Assembly (NCBI GenBank): GCA_963666285.1 | Contig: OY762711.1 | DNA length: 64,000 bases | From: Sedimentisphaerales bacterium | Lineage (GTDB): Bacteria > Planctomycetota > Phycisphaerae > Sedimentisphaerales > SM23-30 | Direction: 5' to 3' (one strand) | Part shown: in pieces, positions 50,686 through 59,508 of the stretch | Layout of the letters: every line of letters starts with the position of its first letter | Numbering within the stretch: the stretch's first letter is position 1 | Notes under the pieces: generated by a model | What the model was told of the DNA's origin: nothing | What the model saw: only the letters and a program-made list of their open reading frames with translations | Database searches by the model: none | Made by a program: the position numbers and the translations under genes

Positions 50686-52095
50686 ATGACTTTTAATTCA
50701 TATTTGTTTTTATTATTTTATGCTGTCTTATTTACAGCTTACTATTCATTAAACAGTACGAAATTTCGTAAAGTTTTGCTTTTAGTAGGCAGTTATGTTT
50801 TTTATGCCGCATGGAATCCTCCCTTCGTTTTGATTTTGATTTTTTCTACTTTTGTTGATTGGCATGCAGGTAAAAATATTGGTGCTGTTGAATCATTATT
50901 GGCGAAAAGGAAGTGGTTGATAATCAGCCTGGTAACTAACCTGGGATTGCTGGCATATTTTAAATATGGAACATGGATGGTGGGCAATCTGAACTGGTGT
51001 GCTGACCTTTTCGGCCTGGGGCATATAAATGTTGTTTCGAATATTGTTTTGCCTGTTGGTATATCATTTTATACTTTTCAGACTCTATCTTATACCATTG
51101 ATATTTATCGTGGTAATCTAAAACCATGGGATAATGCTCTTGACTATGCTTTATATGTAACTTTTTTCCCTCAGCTTGTTGCAGGGCCAATTGTCAGGGC
51201 AGTTGATTTCTTACCGCAATGCAGACTAGAAAAGAAATTCAATCCAGATGATATTTGTTTTGGACTTTGTCTATTTATTTGGGGGCTTTTTGAAAAGGTT
51301 GTTATTGCAGACTGTTTGATGTCACCGGTTGTTGATTCTGTTTTTTATAGCGGCTCAAAACCCGGCTTCTATCTAGCCTGGACCGGGGTTTTTGCTTTTT
51401 CTATACAAATACTATGTGATTTCTCCGGGTATTCTCTGTGTGCCATAGGGATAGCCAAAACATTGGGCTACGAGCTGCCGGTAAACTTCCGATATCCTTA
51501 TGCTGCCTCCAGTTTTTCGGATTTCTGGAAAAGATGGCATATCAGCCTTTCCAGCTGGCTTAAGGATTATTTATATATTCCATTAGGCGGCAGTCGAATT
51601 AGCAAATATATTACCTATAGAAATCTTTTTCTGGTTATGCTTTTAGGCGGCCTTTGGCATGGTGCAGCATGGACTTTTGTATTCTGGGGTTTTCTGCACG
51701 GTTTGTACCTGGTGATGGATAAGATTATAGACAGGTATATCGGCAATACCAAAAATAAATTTATTATTCTGGCTAGAATGGCTTTTGTGTATCTGCTTGT
51801 TTGCGTTGCCTGGGTGTTCTTTCGAGCCGAAGGTTTCGGTCAGGCTATAGATATCCTGAAGGCAATGGCCGGCTTGCAACCGGATGGCAATGTCGTAAGG
51901 AAACTATTTGTATTTAATACTTACCTTGTACTTTTCTTTATTCTGGGCGGCCATTATTATCTCAGAAACAAAAAGTTTGAAGATGTCCTTGAGTTATTAC
52001 CTTCCTGGAGTCTGGGCGGTATAGTATTTGTTTGTCTTTGGCTGGTGTTTTTAGGTTTGAATTTCAGGGTAGAATTTTTGTATTTCCAGTTTTAA
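50686..52095 (+). CDS. MBOAT O-acyltransferase (AlgI/PatA/DltB family)
   Basis: LPVGISFYTFQ, FFPQLVAGPIVR, DFSGYS, FWKRWHISLS, GLWHGA. Confidence 0.95.
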   Translation: MTFNSYLFLLFYAVLFTAYYSLNSTKFRKVLLLVGSYVFYAAWNPPFVLILIFSTFVDWHAGKNIGAVESLLAKRKWLIISLVTNLGLLAYFKYGTWMVGNLNWCADLFGLGHINVVSNIVLPVGISFYTFQTLSYTIDIYRGNLKPWDNALDYALYVTFFPQLVAGPIVRAVDFLPQCRLEKKFNPDDICFGLCLFIWGLFEKVVIADCLMSPVVDSVFYSGSKPGFYLAWTGVFAFSIQILCDFSGYSLCAIGIAKTLGYELPVNFRYPYAASSFSDFWKRWHISLSSWLKDYLYIPLGGSRISKYITYRNLFLVMLLGGLWHGAAWTFVFWGFLHGLYLVMDKIIDRYIGNTKNKFIILARMAFVYLLVCVAWVFFRAEGFGQAIDILKAMAGLQPDGNVVRKLFVFNTYLVLFFILGGHYYLRNKKFEDVLELLPSWSLGGIVFVCLWLVFLGLNFRVEFLYFQF

Positions 52096-52096
52096 T

Positions 52097-53107
52097 ATGA
52101 GTAATAATAGATACAGTAAAATATTTCTGATCTCATTACTGGCTTTTATAGTTAGTTTTGTTATTGTTGAATTTCTTGTGAGAAAGATCGGTTTAACTCC
52201 AACATTGCGTATGAATTATCTGACCTGGTCTATTAACAGAAAAAAAATTGATAATATGGCCGGGAATAAACAAGTTGCTATTCTGCTTGGTACGTCCAGA
52301 ACCGGTGCCAATTATGACCAGAAGCTATTAGGCGAAAGGCTCAATGTGGAAGTTATCCAGCTTGGGTTGGCCGGCACCTATCATCCGTTCGTTTTTCTCA
52401 AAGATATAGCTGAAAATACAGATTTTTGTGGTAAAGTCTTTGTTGAGGTTGTCCCATTATTTGGTAATCCTGTTTACGATTATCGAGCAGAAAGAGCTAT
52501 TAGATATTACAAAAATTCGCTTTGTACCTCAGAAATTCTTAATAATAAAATTGAGACATATATATTTGAGCGATCAGTATTATTAAGTCCAAGAATTGAT
52601 ATTACCAGGTTGGAAAAGTGTATTTTCGGCGGATTCATTATGGCTGAGTTTGATCGTTATACAATTACAAAAGAGTCACGCATTTATTATAATTACTATA
52701 AGTATAATATAACAACACCGACTCATTCTAGAGAATTTTACAACAGTATTGATGTTTTAGATAATGACCAGTGGCTGGAATATATGGCCAAAGTAGATTC
52801 TTATGGTAAAATGATTATACAAAGGGGGGGAGAGGTATATTTTGTTCGATTTCCAACTTCCGGACTTTCAAAGGAATTTGAAGATAAAACATACCCGCGA
52901 GAAAAGTACTGGGACATATTTGCTGCTAATACCTCAGGTGTAGCGATCCATTATGCTGATTTCGATAGTGATATTAAATGTCCCGAAGACTGGCATCTTG
53001 ACTGGCGTCAGGCATCTGTATTTACCGGTGAGCTTGTTGATGCGATCAAAAGTAGAAAAGAACTGGTATTTGATACTGATCATGATTTGATCCCGAATGC
53101 CCAATAA
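52097..53107 (+). CDS. Membrane-anchored SGNH-like acyltransferase partner (AlgJ/DltD-like)
   Basis: N-terminal TM; LLGTSR block; EDWHL near the C-terminus; starts 1 bp after the MBOAT gene. Confidence 0.6.
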   Translation: MSNNRYSKIFLISLLAFIVSFVIVEFLVRKIGLTPTLRMNYLTWSINRKKIDNMAGNKQVAILLGTSRTGANYDQKLLGERLNVEVIQLGLAGTYHPFVFLKDIAENTDFCGKVFVEVVPLFGNPVYDYRAERAIRYYKNSLCTSEILNNKIETYIFERSVLLSPRIDITRLEKCIFGGFIMAEFDRYTITKESRIYYNYYKYNITTPTHSREFYNSIDVLDNDQWLEYMAKVDSYGKMIIQRGGEVYFVRFPTSGLSKEFEDKTYPREKYWDIFAANTSGVAIHYADFDSDIKCPEDWHLDWRQASVFTGELVDAIKSRKELVFDTDHDLIPNAQ

Positions 53108-53230
53108 TATCTTGCTGAAAGGCAGCAGTTAACAGTTCTGCTTTATGTTGATGATCCTGCCTGGTAGTTATCATGCTGTTCCATATATGTTTCCAGTTTA
53201 CTTTTATCTCATATTAAGATATGCTATATT

Positions 53231-53414
53231 AGTTAACTTTCGCTCTTTTCAAGTTGCAATAATCGCCAAAAGGGCCTTTCTGCAACATTTAAAATTGAAC
53301 ATACTTTTGAGAAGTAGCTTGGAAATACAATTAAATGTATTTTTCATTCACAAGGCCCTGTTCCGGCCTTTGCATGTTATGTTGAACAGTCAAAAGTGCG
53401 GAACCGCACTTATA
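53231..53414 (+). ncRNA. Candidate structured leader RNA, copy 2 (unassigned motif)
   Basis: See copy 1; ends 15 nt before the K+ channel ATG. Confidence 0.5.
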
Positions 53415-53429
53415 GTTTGGTAAACAATT

Positions 53430-54248
53430 ATGTCAAGTGAAAATAAAATGCCCGATTCTATTCGCCATAGACTGAATGTTATTATTTTCGGTACTGATAC
53501 CTTTGCCGGTAAACTTTTCGATGTGGTATTGATTATAGCTATCATTTTGAGTGTGGCGGTTGTTATGCTTGATAGCGTTGCTAATGTCAGGCTCAACCAC
53601 GGCACAGCTCTCGGCCGCCTGGAATGGTTTTTCACTATTATGTTTACGGTTGAATATCTGCTCAGGATATATTGTACCCCGCGGCCTTTGCACTATACTA
53701 CCAGTTTTTTTGGTATTGTCGATCTGCTTGCGATTATTCCGACTTACATTGGTTTGGTTATTGTCGGTGGCAGCGCATTGGGTGTTATCCGGGTTTTGCG
53801 TGTGCTTCGGATCTTTCGCGTACTAAAGCTTGCCCTATATGTCAGGGAGGCCAATCTTCTGGTTGCCGCTATGGTTGCGTCCCGGAGAAAAATACTTGTC
53901 TTCTTCTTTGCTGTTATTACCCTGGTAATTATTCTTGGGTCGATCATGTATGTGGTCGAACGAGGTCAGAACAGTGGTTTTGACAGTATTCCTCGCAGTG
54001 TATACTGGGCTATTGTCACACTTACTACTGTTGGTTATGGCGATATTTCACCTCAGACAGCACTTGGCCAGTTTATTTCCTCAATTGTGATGATATTGGG
54101 CTATTCTATCATTGCAGTCCCGACAGGTATTGTAACAGCCCAGCTTGTCTCTTCAGCGAAGACTTTATCTGGAACTTCTGAAACATGCAATCCCGAACAT
54201 AATGAATCTAAAACCAGTAAATGTCCCCATTGTGGAAAAGAAATTTAG
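53430..54248 (+). CDS. Voltage-gated-type potassium channel (6 TM)
   Basis: S4 helix IRVLRVLRIFRVLK; selectivity filter TLTTVGYGD. Confidence 0.95.
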   Translation: MSSENKMPDSIRHRLNVIIFGTDTFAGKLFDVVLIIAIILSVAVVMLDSVANVRLNHGTALGRLEWFFTIMFTVEYLLRIYCTPRPLHYTTSFFGIVDLLAIIPTYIGLVIVGGSALGVIRVLRVLRIFRVLKLALYVREANLLVAAMVASRRKILVFFFAVITLVIILGSIMYVVERGQNSGFDSIPRSVYWAIVTLTTVGYGDISPQTALGQFISSIVMILGYSIIAVPTGIVTAQLVSSAKTLSGTSETCNPEHNESKTSKCPHCGKEI

Positions 54249-54275
54249 AACTTCTTGCATGTACCAATTATTATT

Positions 54276-54782
54276 TTACTTTGATGCTCCAAAAATAAAT
54301 AATTCAGCATTGTTATTTTCTGTATGCAAAACAAAACCAATTATTTCAGAGTCATCTGTATTATCCCAAGTTGCCTTATATAAATACTCCTGATCTGGCG
54401 AATAATCAAACCAGCCAAGTTCAGCTTTATTGAATTTTGAATCTATATCAGAGATTTTGCTGTATTTATTCAGTTTTTCCTGGTTAAGAAACTGATCAAT
54501 CTGTTCTTTATCAAATTGGACTTTTGCATACAAATACCAGTCCAGCCAATTACAATAATATACACCGACAAATTCAGTATCTTCCGGTAATTTCAATTCA
54601 AGCATTTTTCCCAGTTTGCTTATCCATTCAGTTTTCTCTTGTTGGGAAATATCTTTGGCTAAAACTTCAAGGTCTGTGTCTGGAAAAGGATCAAAGCTGC
54701 ATATGAATAATATTGAAGCTAAAATAGCTATTCCAATCCCAAATATAATCCAATGTTTCAATTTTATTTTTTTGATAATCAA
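54276..54782 (-). CDS. Hypothetical protein with N-terminal TM segment
   Basis: 168-aa ORF filling the gap. Confidence 0.6.
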   Translation of the reverse strand: MIIKKIKLKHWIIFGIGIAILASILFICSFDPFPDTDLEVLAKDISQQEKTEWISKLGKMLELKLPEDTEFVGVYYCNWLDWYLYAKVQFDKEQIDQFLNQEKLNKYSKISDIDSKFNKAELGWFDYSPDQEYLYKATWDNTDDSEIIGFVLHTENNNAELFIFGASK

Positions 54783-54838
54783 GATATATTTCTACCTTCT
54801 AAAACCTTAAAAATTCAATGGTATATAATAGGTTTATC

Positions 54839-55861
54839 CTATTGAATATCAACAACTAATATAGATTCGGTAGTTGTATCCAGTATATAAATTGAATCCG
54901 GTTCAGAAGGAATTGAATCGACCATCGGGAAAATCATAGTCTTGAAGGCTTCCGGTCGCAAAAAATCTCTACGGTCGACTATCAGGCTCATATATCTTCC
55001 GCTTTCGGAAAATAGTTTCACCTGAACGTTACCTTTTTCTGCTGTAACAAACTTTCCATCTGCCAGAATTGTAAAACTTGCCGGATTGCAGCATCCGGCA
55101 AATCCGTCTGGCTGGAATGAGGGGTGGCCCCAGGAATCTGTCGGCTCGGCAATGTCTGGTGAGTATTTATCCAGCCTATGGTTGCCGGTATTAGCTGCCC
55201 AGATATCAGTGCCGTTGATCGCGGTTTTTATCTCAAAATGTGCACTGGGCAAAACAAACTGCTTTGTACCTAACGGACAAATGGTAGTACCATCTGGGTC
55301 GTAGTCTTTCAGCTCTTCGTTAAGCGGCAGATTGATCTGCCAGATACATTTTGCCTGGGCGTCGGCGGCATAAATATAGTTATCATTTGCAGTAATTGAA
55401 GATATCAGTGCTTTATCATTTGGAATATCAAGAGAAAATATCAAATCATTTTTTTCTAACCCTATTATTTGCAGTTTGTTATTAGCTGCCGTGATGAGTC
55501 GTGGTGATTCTGCCGGTCCGATCATTTTAATAGCTGTAGGCTCTGTATCGATTGTAATAGAAGTGATGATTTTACAATCTGTATCGATTATATGGATTGC
55601 TGATCTGTTGGATAGTGCAATTACAGTTTGGGCCTGCCATTGGCCAACACTGAACTGGTGGGGGTGAAAACCTTCCAGAGTTATCCTTTTGGTTACTTTT
55701 CCAATCCTGGCATCCTGGGCTGGGCTATCAAATACCTTTTCATACTCAAAGCTCTGGAATTTTCCGGGCATCTGGCGTATCACAACAAATATTGCAGCTC
55801 CAAGAGCAATCACAATGGTAAGCAATATAAGTAATTTGTGCTTTTGGTTTTGGTCTGGCAA
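54839..55861 (-). CDS. Membrane-anchored NHL/beta-propeller-like protein
   Basis: IYAADA, IWAANTGNHRL, FAGCCNPA, FVTAEKG. Confidence 0.7.
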   Translation of the reverse strand: MPDQNQKHKLLILLTIVIALGAAIFVVIRQMPGKFQSFEYEKVFDSPAQDARIGKVTKRITLEGFHPHQFSVGQWQAQTVIALSNRSAIHIIDTDCKIITSITIDTEPTAIKMIGPAESPRLITAANNKLQIIGLEKNDLIFSLDIPNDKALISSITANDNYIYAADAQAKCIWQINLPLNEELKDYDPDGTTICPLGTKQFVLPSAHFEIKTAINGTDIWAANTGNHRLDKYSPDIAEPTDSWGHPSFQPDGFAGCCNPASFTILADGKFVTAEKGNVQVKLFSESGRYMSLIVDRRDFLRPEAFKTMIFPMVDSIPSEPDSIYILDTTTESILVVDIQ

Positions 55862-56010
55862 TTTATTATTCCTGATTTTATAATAAGTAACTTGTTTTAC
55901 AGCAACAATTAGAGATCAATAGCGACTATAATTGAAATATGGTGCAAGGGTAATCCTGCCGCCATAAAATGATATTATCGATAAGTAACGAGAGATTCAA
56001 GGAGTAATTG

Positions 56011-57516
56011 ATGGCGTTTCGTATATACAATACCGTAAGCAAGCAAAAAGAACTATTTGAACCGGTAAATCCTGGTAAAGTTGGTATTTATGTTTGTGGA
56101 CCAACTGTTTATAAAGACAGCCATATCGGTCACGCCGTGGGTCCGGTCATATTTGATGCTCTCAAAAAATACCTTGTATATAAAGGCTATGATGTAACTT
56201 ATGTGATAAATATTACCGATGTCGATGACAAGATTATTATCGAGTCAAAAGAACGTAATATGAGCGTTGAAGAGCTGGCAAAGGAAGTTACTGCCGGGTA
56301 TTTTGAGGCTATGAATAAGCTTGGTGTCGATTCTGTTGATGAATACCCCAGGGCGACCGACCATATCGATAACATGTTTGGTGTCATCCAGAAGCTAATG
56401 GACAAGGATGCGGCATATGCCGTTGATGGCGATGTCTGGTTCGATATCAGCAAAAGCAAAGACTATGGCAAGCTGTCTCACCGTAAATTTGAAGACCAGA
56501 AAACGGGAACTCGCGAGCTTGCCGGTTCGACCAAACGAAATCCGGGCGACTTTGCCCTATGGAAAAGTGCAGATAAAAGTGAGATCGGCTGGCAGAGCCC
56601 TTGGGGCTATGGCAGGCCCGGCTGGCATATCGAATGTTCGGCGATGAGTATGAACATACTGGGTGAGACGTTCGATATTCACGGCGGTGGTATGGACCTG
56701 ATCTTCCCGCACCATGAAAACGAGATCGCACAGTCTGAGACTGCTACCGGATGCCTGGCGGTGAAATATTGGATGCATAACGGACTTACCAGGATGAGGA
56801 CCAAGAGTGCCAGTGGTGAATGGCAGGCTGAAAAGATGAGTAAATCTCTTGGCAATGTCAAAACTCTTAAGGAACTATTTGTACAGTATCCGCCACAGTT
56901 AATAAGGTTCTTCCTGTTGAGTACCCATTATCGCCGTCCGATCGATTTCAGTGATGAATCCCTGGAAGCGGTTCGAAAAGGGCTTAATAACCTCCTGCGT
57001 ACAATTGAGCGTATCGAGCGTATCAGTAAGTTTGCGGTATATGGTGAGAAATGTGACCTGGCGAGGCTGGAAGACCTTTCGTCTGACAAAGATGCTGATA
57101 TGGTCAAGGAAGCCGGCGATGCCCAGCTTAAGTTCCTGGAAGCACTGGATGATGATTTTAATACCGCCGGTGCGATATCTGTTTTGTTCCAGTATTGTAC
57201 CGCTTTGAACCGCTATATTGACCAGAACGAGCTGGAAGCATGCAGTGATGATAACAGCCGTGAAATTCTTGCCGAGCTCGGCAGAATGATTACCGGTTTG
57301 GGGATGATAATTGGGATTCTTACTGAATCTTTGTCTGAAGGCAGTGGTGGCAATGACGAACTGGTTAATCAGCTGATGGAAGTATTTATCGAGCTGCGTG
57401 CCGATGCCCGTAAGGAAAAGAACTGGGCCCTGGCTGATGCTATTCGTGATAAACTAAAGGCATTGAATATCACTATAGAAGACCGTCCCGATGGTGCGGT
57501 TTGGAATATTGTATAA
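56011..57516 (+). CDS. cysS: Cysteine--tRNA ligase
   Basis: YVCGPTVY..HIGH, GRPGWHIECSAM, FPHHENE, KMSKSLGN. Confidence 0.98.
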   Translation: MAFRIYNTVSKQKELFEPVNPGKVGIYVCGPTVYKDSHIGHAVGPVIFDALKKYLVYKGYDVTYVINITDVDDKIIIESKERNMSVEELAKEVTAGYFEAMNKLGVDSVDEYPRATDHIDNMFGVIQKLMDKDAAYAVDGDVWFDISKSKDYGKLSHRKFEDQKTGTRELAGSTKRNPGDFALWKSADKSEIGWQSPWGYGRPGWHIECSAMSMNILGETFDIHGGGMDLIFPHHENEIAQSETATGCLAVKYWMHNGLTRMRTKSASGEWQAEKMSKSLGNVKTLKELFVQYPPQLIRFFLLSTHYRRPIDFSDESLEAVRKGLNNLLRTIERIERISKFAVYGEKCDLARLEDLSSDKDADMVKEAGDAQLKFLEALDDDFNTAGAISVLFQYCTALNRYIDQNELEACSDDNSREILAELGRMITGLGMIIGILTESLSEGSGGNDELVNQLMEVFIELRADARKEKNWALADAIRDKLKALNITIEDRPDGAVWNIV

Positions 57517-58889
57517 TGGGTTTAGGTATTGCAACCGCAGCCGGAGTATCATTGGCAGCAATGATGTTAAATTTCAAAAAGACAAATAAAATAGCCATTA
57601 CCGGCATAGCCGGAGGCGGCAAAACAGTCTTTCTGAGTTCTCTGCTCTGGCAGCTGGCCGAGTTTGACGATGCCGATTTTTATCCCGGCAGCCAGGTTAA
57701 GATTAGCGGTTGGCGTGAGTTATCGTCGAAAGGGTCGCTGGGTGAGGTTTTTCCGTTCGATAAATATCGCGATGCCCTGGCCCGCAGTCATAAATGGCCT
57801 GATAAGACTACAGACTGCTATCGGTTTAGCTGCGAATATAAACGCAGCGACTGGAAACGTTTTAGCCAGCGGTTGGACTTTTTTGATTTTCCCGGTGAAC
57901 GAATAGCAGATGCGGCAATTGCCGCGTATAAGGATTATGGCGATTGGTCTGATCATATCTTGAAACATTTTGAAAGCAACTCCGATTACAATGCAGCCTT
58001 GCTAGGATATAAACAAGTTTTAGAAGCAGGTAATCTGGATGAGGCTAAACTGCTTTCGGCTTATCGCAAAGCCCTTGCCTGTTTGATATTAGGATATAAG
58101 CCGCTGATTTCGCCATCGGTATTTCTGCTGGATACCAATGGAGATTCTGCCAGACCTGCAACAGAAGAAGCACTTGCGTCTGCGAGGTTATGTGGACTGG
58201 ACGAGGAGAGCCAGTTTGCTCCTTTGCCTGAAGCGGTACGGGGGGCGAATCCGGAGCTTGCGAAGAAAATGGCCAGAAACTATAAGCTTTATCGTAAACA
58301 GATTGCCTTACCTTTATATGAGGAACTTGCAGATTCGCAGAGCCTGATAATACTAATTGATATACCATCTCTATTAGCCGGTGGGGTGGGGCGGTATAAT
58401 GATAACAGGCAGATAGTACTGGACTTGATAGATGCGGTGCGAACAGATACTTCGATTGGCAAGCGGCTAAAGAAGCTGTTGAGGTTCTGGTCTGGCTCGC
58501 TTAAACGGATAGCTTTTGTTGCTACCAAGGCCGATCTGGTGCTGCCGGGGGATTTGCAGAACGGTAACTTGATGTCACTTTTGCGGCAGATGAATACGCG
58601 GGCGAAAAATCTATTGCCGGATATTGAGATGAAATGGTTCGTGTGTAGTGCCTGCAGATCGACTAGTCAGGGTAATGCAGAGAATACGCTGATAGGTAAG
58701 CCGATCTATAATAACCCGGATCGCAAGGATATGGAGTTTGAAGTGACCGCTCTGCCTGAGGCATGGCCGGATAACTGGATGGCTGGCGAATATAAGTATT
58801 ATAGCGTGTACCCTGAAACATCACAGAATATACAGATACCGCCCAAACATATAGGATTAGATAGAGTGTTTGAGTTTGTAGCGGGGTGA
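57516..58889 (+). CDS. ycjX: YcjX-family P-loop NTPase
   Basis: IAITGIAGGGKTVF, DFPGE, FVATKAD, PPKHIGLDRVFEF. Confidence 0.8.
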   Translation: MGLGIATAAGVSLAAMMLNFKKTNKIAITGIAGGGKTVFLSSLLWQLAEFDDADFYPGSQVKISGWRELSSKGSLGEVFPFDKYRDALARSHKWPDKTTDCYRFSCEYKRSDWKRFSQRLDFFDFPGERIADAAIAAYKDYGDWSDHILKHFESNSDYNAALLGYKQVLEAGNLDEAKLLSAYRKALACLILGYKPLISPSVFLLDTNGDSARPATEEALASARLCGLDEESQFAPLPEAVRGANPELAKKMARNYKLYRKQIALPLYEELADSQSLIILIDIPSLLAGGVGRYNDNRQIVLDLIDAVRTDTSIGKRLKKLLRFWSGSLKRIAFVATKADLVLPGDLQNGNLMSLLRQMNTRAKNLLPDIEMKWFVCSACRSTSQGNAENTLIGKPIYNNPDRKDMEFEVTALPEAWPDNWMAGEYKYYSVYPETSQNIQIPPKHIGLDRVFEFVAG

Positions 58890-58898
58890 TAAGAAATT

Positions 58899-59496
58899 AT
58901 GAAAGATAATGAAAAAAATGAATCTTCTGCTGGTTTTGTTATAGCTATATTGCTTATCGGTTTTTTATATGTTTTTCTCTTTAAGCTTCTCTCGAGACCG
59001 AAAGAGTTTGGGCCAACCCCTCAGCTTTGTTCAGTTAATCTTAAAAGTATTGGCACAGCAATAACAAATTATATGAATGATAATAAAGGGCAGGCACCAC
59101 CGGATTTGCATATTCTTATTAAAGAATGTGATTTGCAGGAAAAATATTTATATTGTGTTGAGAGTGATTTTGAAAATCCCATTTTTTATCATTATAGAGG
59201 GGATGATCTTGATGATTCTTGTTCTTCATCCATGATAATGGCATATGATCCAATTGTACATAAAGGTAACAATGTGAATATCCTTTTTGCTGATAGCAGG
59301 TTGAGGGTGGTGACATATGAAGATTTTGAAAGAAGTAAAATTGGCTTAGAGCAGAAACCCTCATTGTTGAAAATGACTGAGTCGGGTTTTAAGCCGCAAA
59401 AGAAGCATTATTGTTGGTGTAGTGACTTTATTGGTTGTTTTAGTCGTTCTTTCTCAGTTGCCTAAATGGCTGAAAGCTGATACAGATATAACATGA
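58899..59496 (+). pseudogene. Pseudopilin-like (H-X9-DG-type) membrane protein, apparent +1 frameshift near 59400
   Basis: CSVNLKSIGTAI..Y and HKGNNVNILFADS; the shifted frame encodes a TM helix ending at TGA 59496. Confidence 0.5.
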
Positions 59497-59508
59497 GAAT
59501 AGAATTTA

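Noticed and set aside
50443..53414. Known riboswitch (c-di-AMP, c-di-GMP, cobalamin, TPP) or integron attC site
   Set aside because: I could not find the consensus cores by eye on either strand. There is no single long attC-type hairpin directly after a stop codon and no integron integrase. A formal Rfam scan is still needed.
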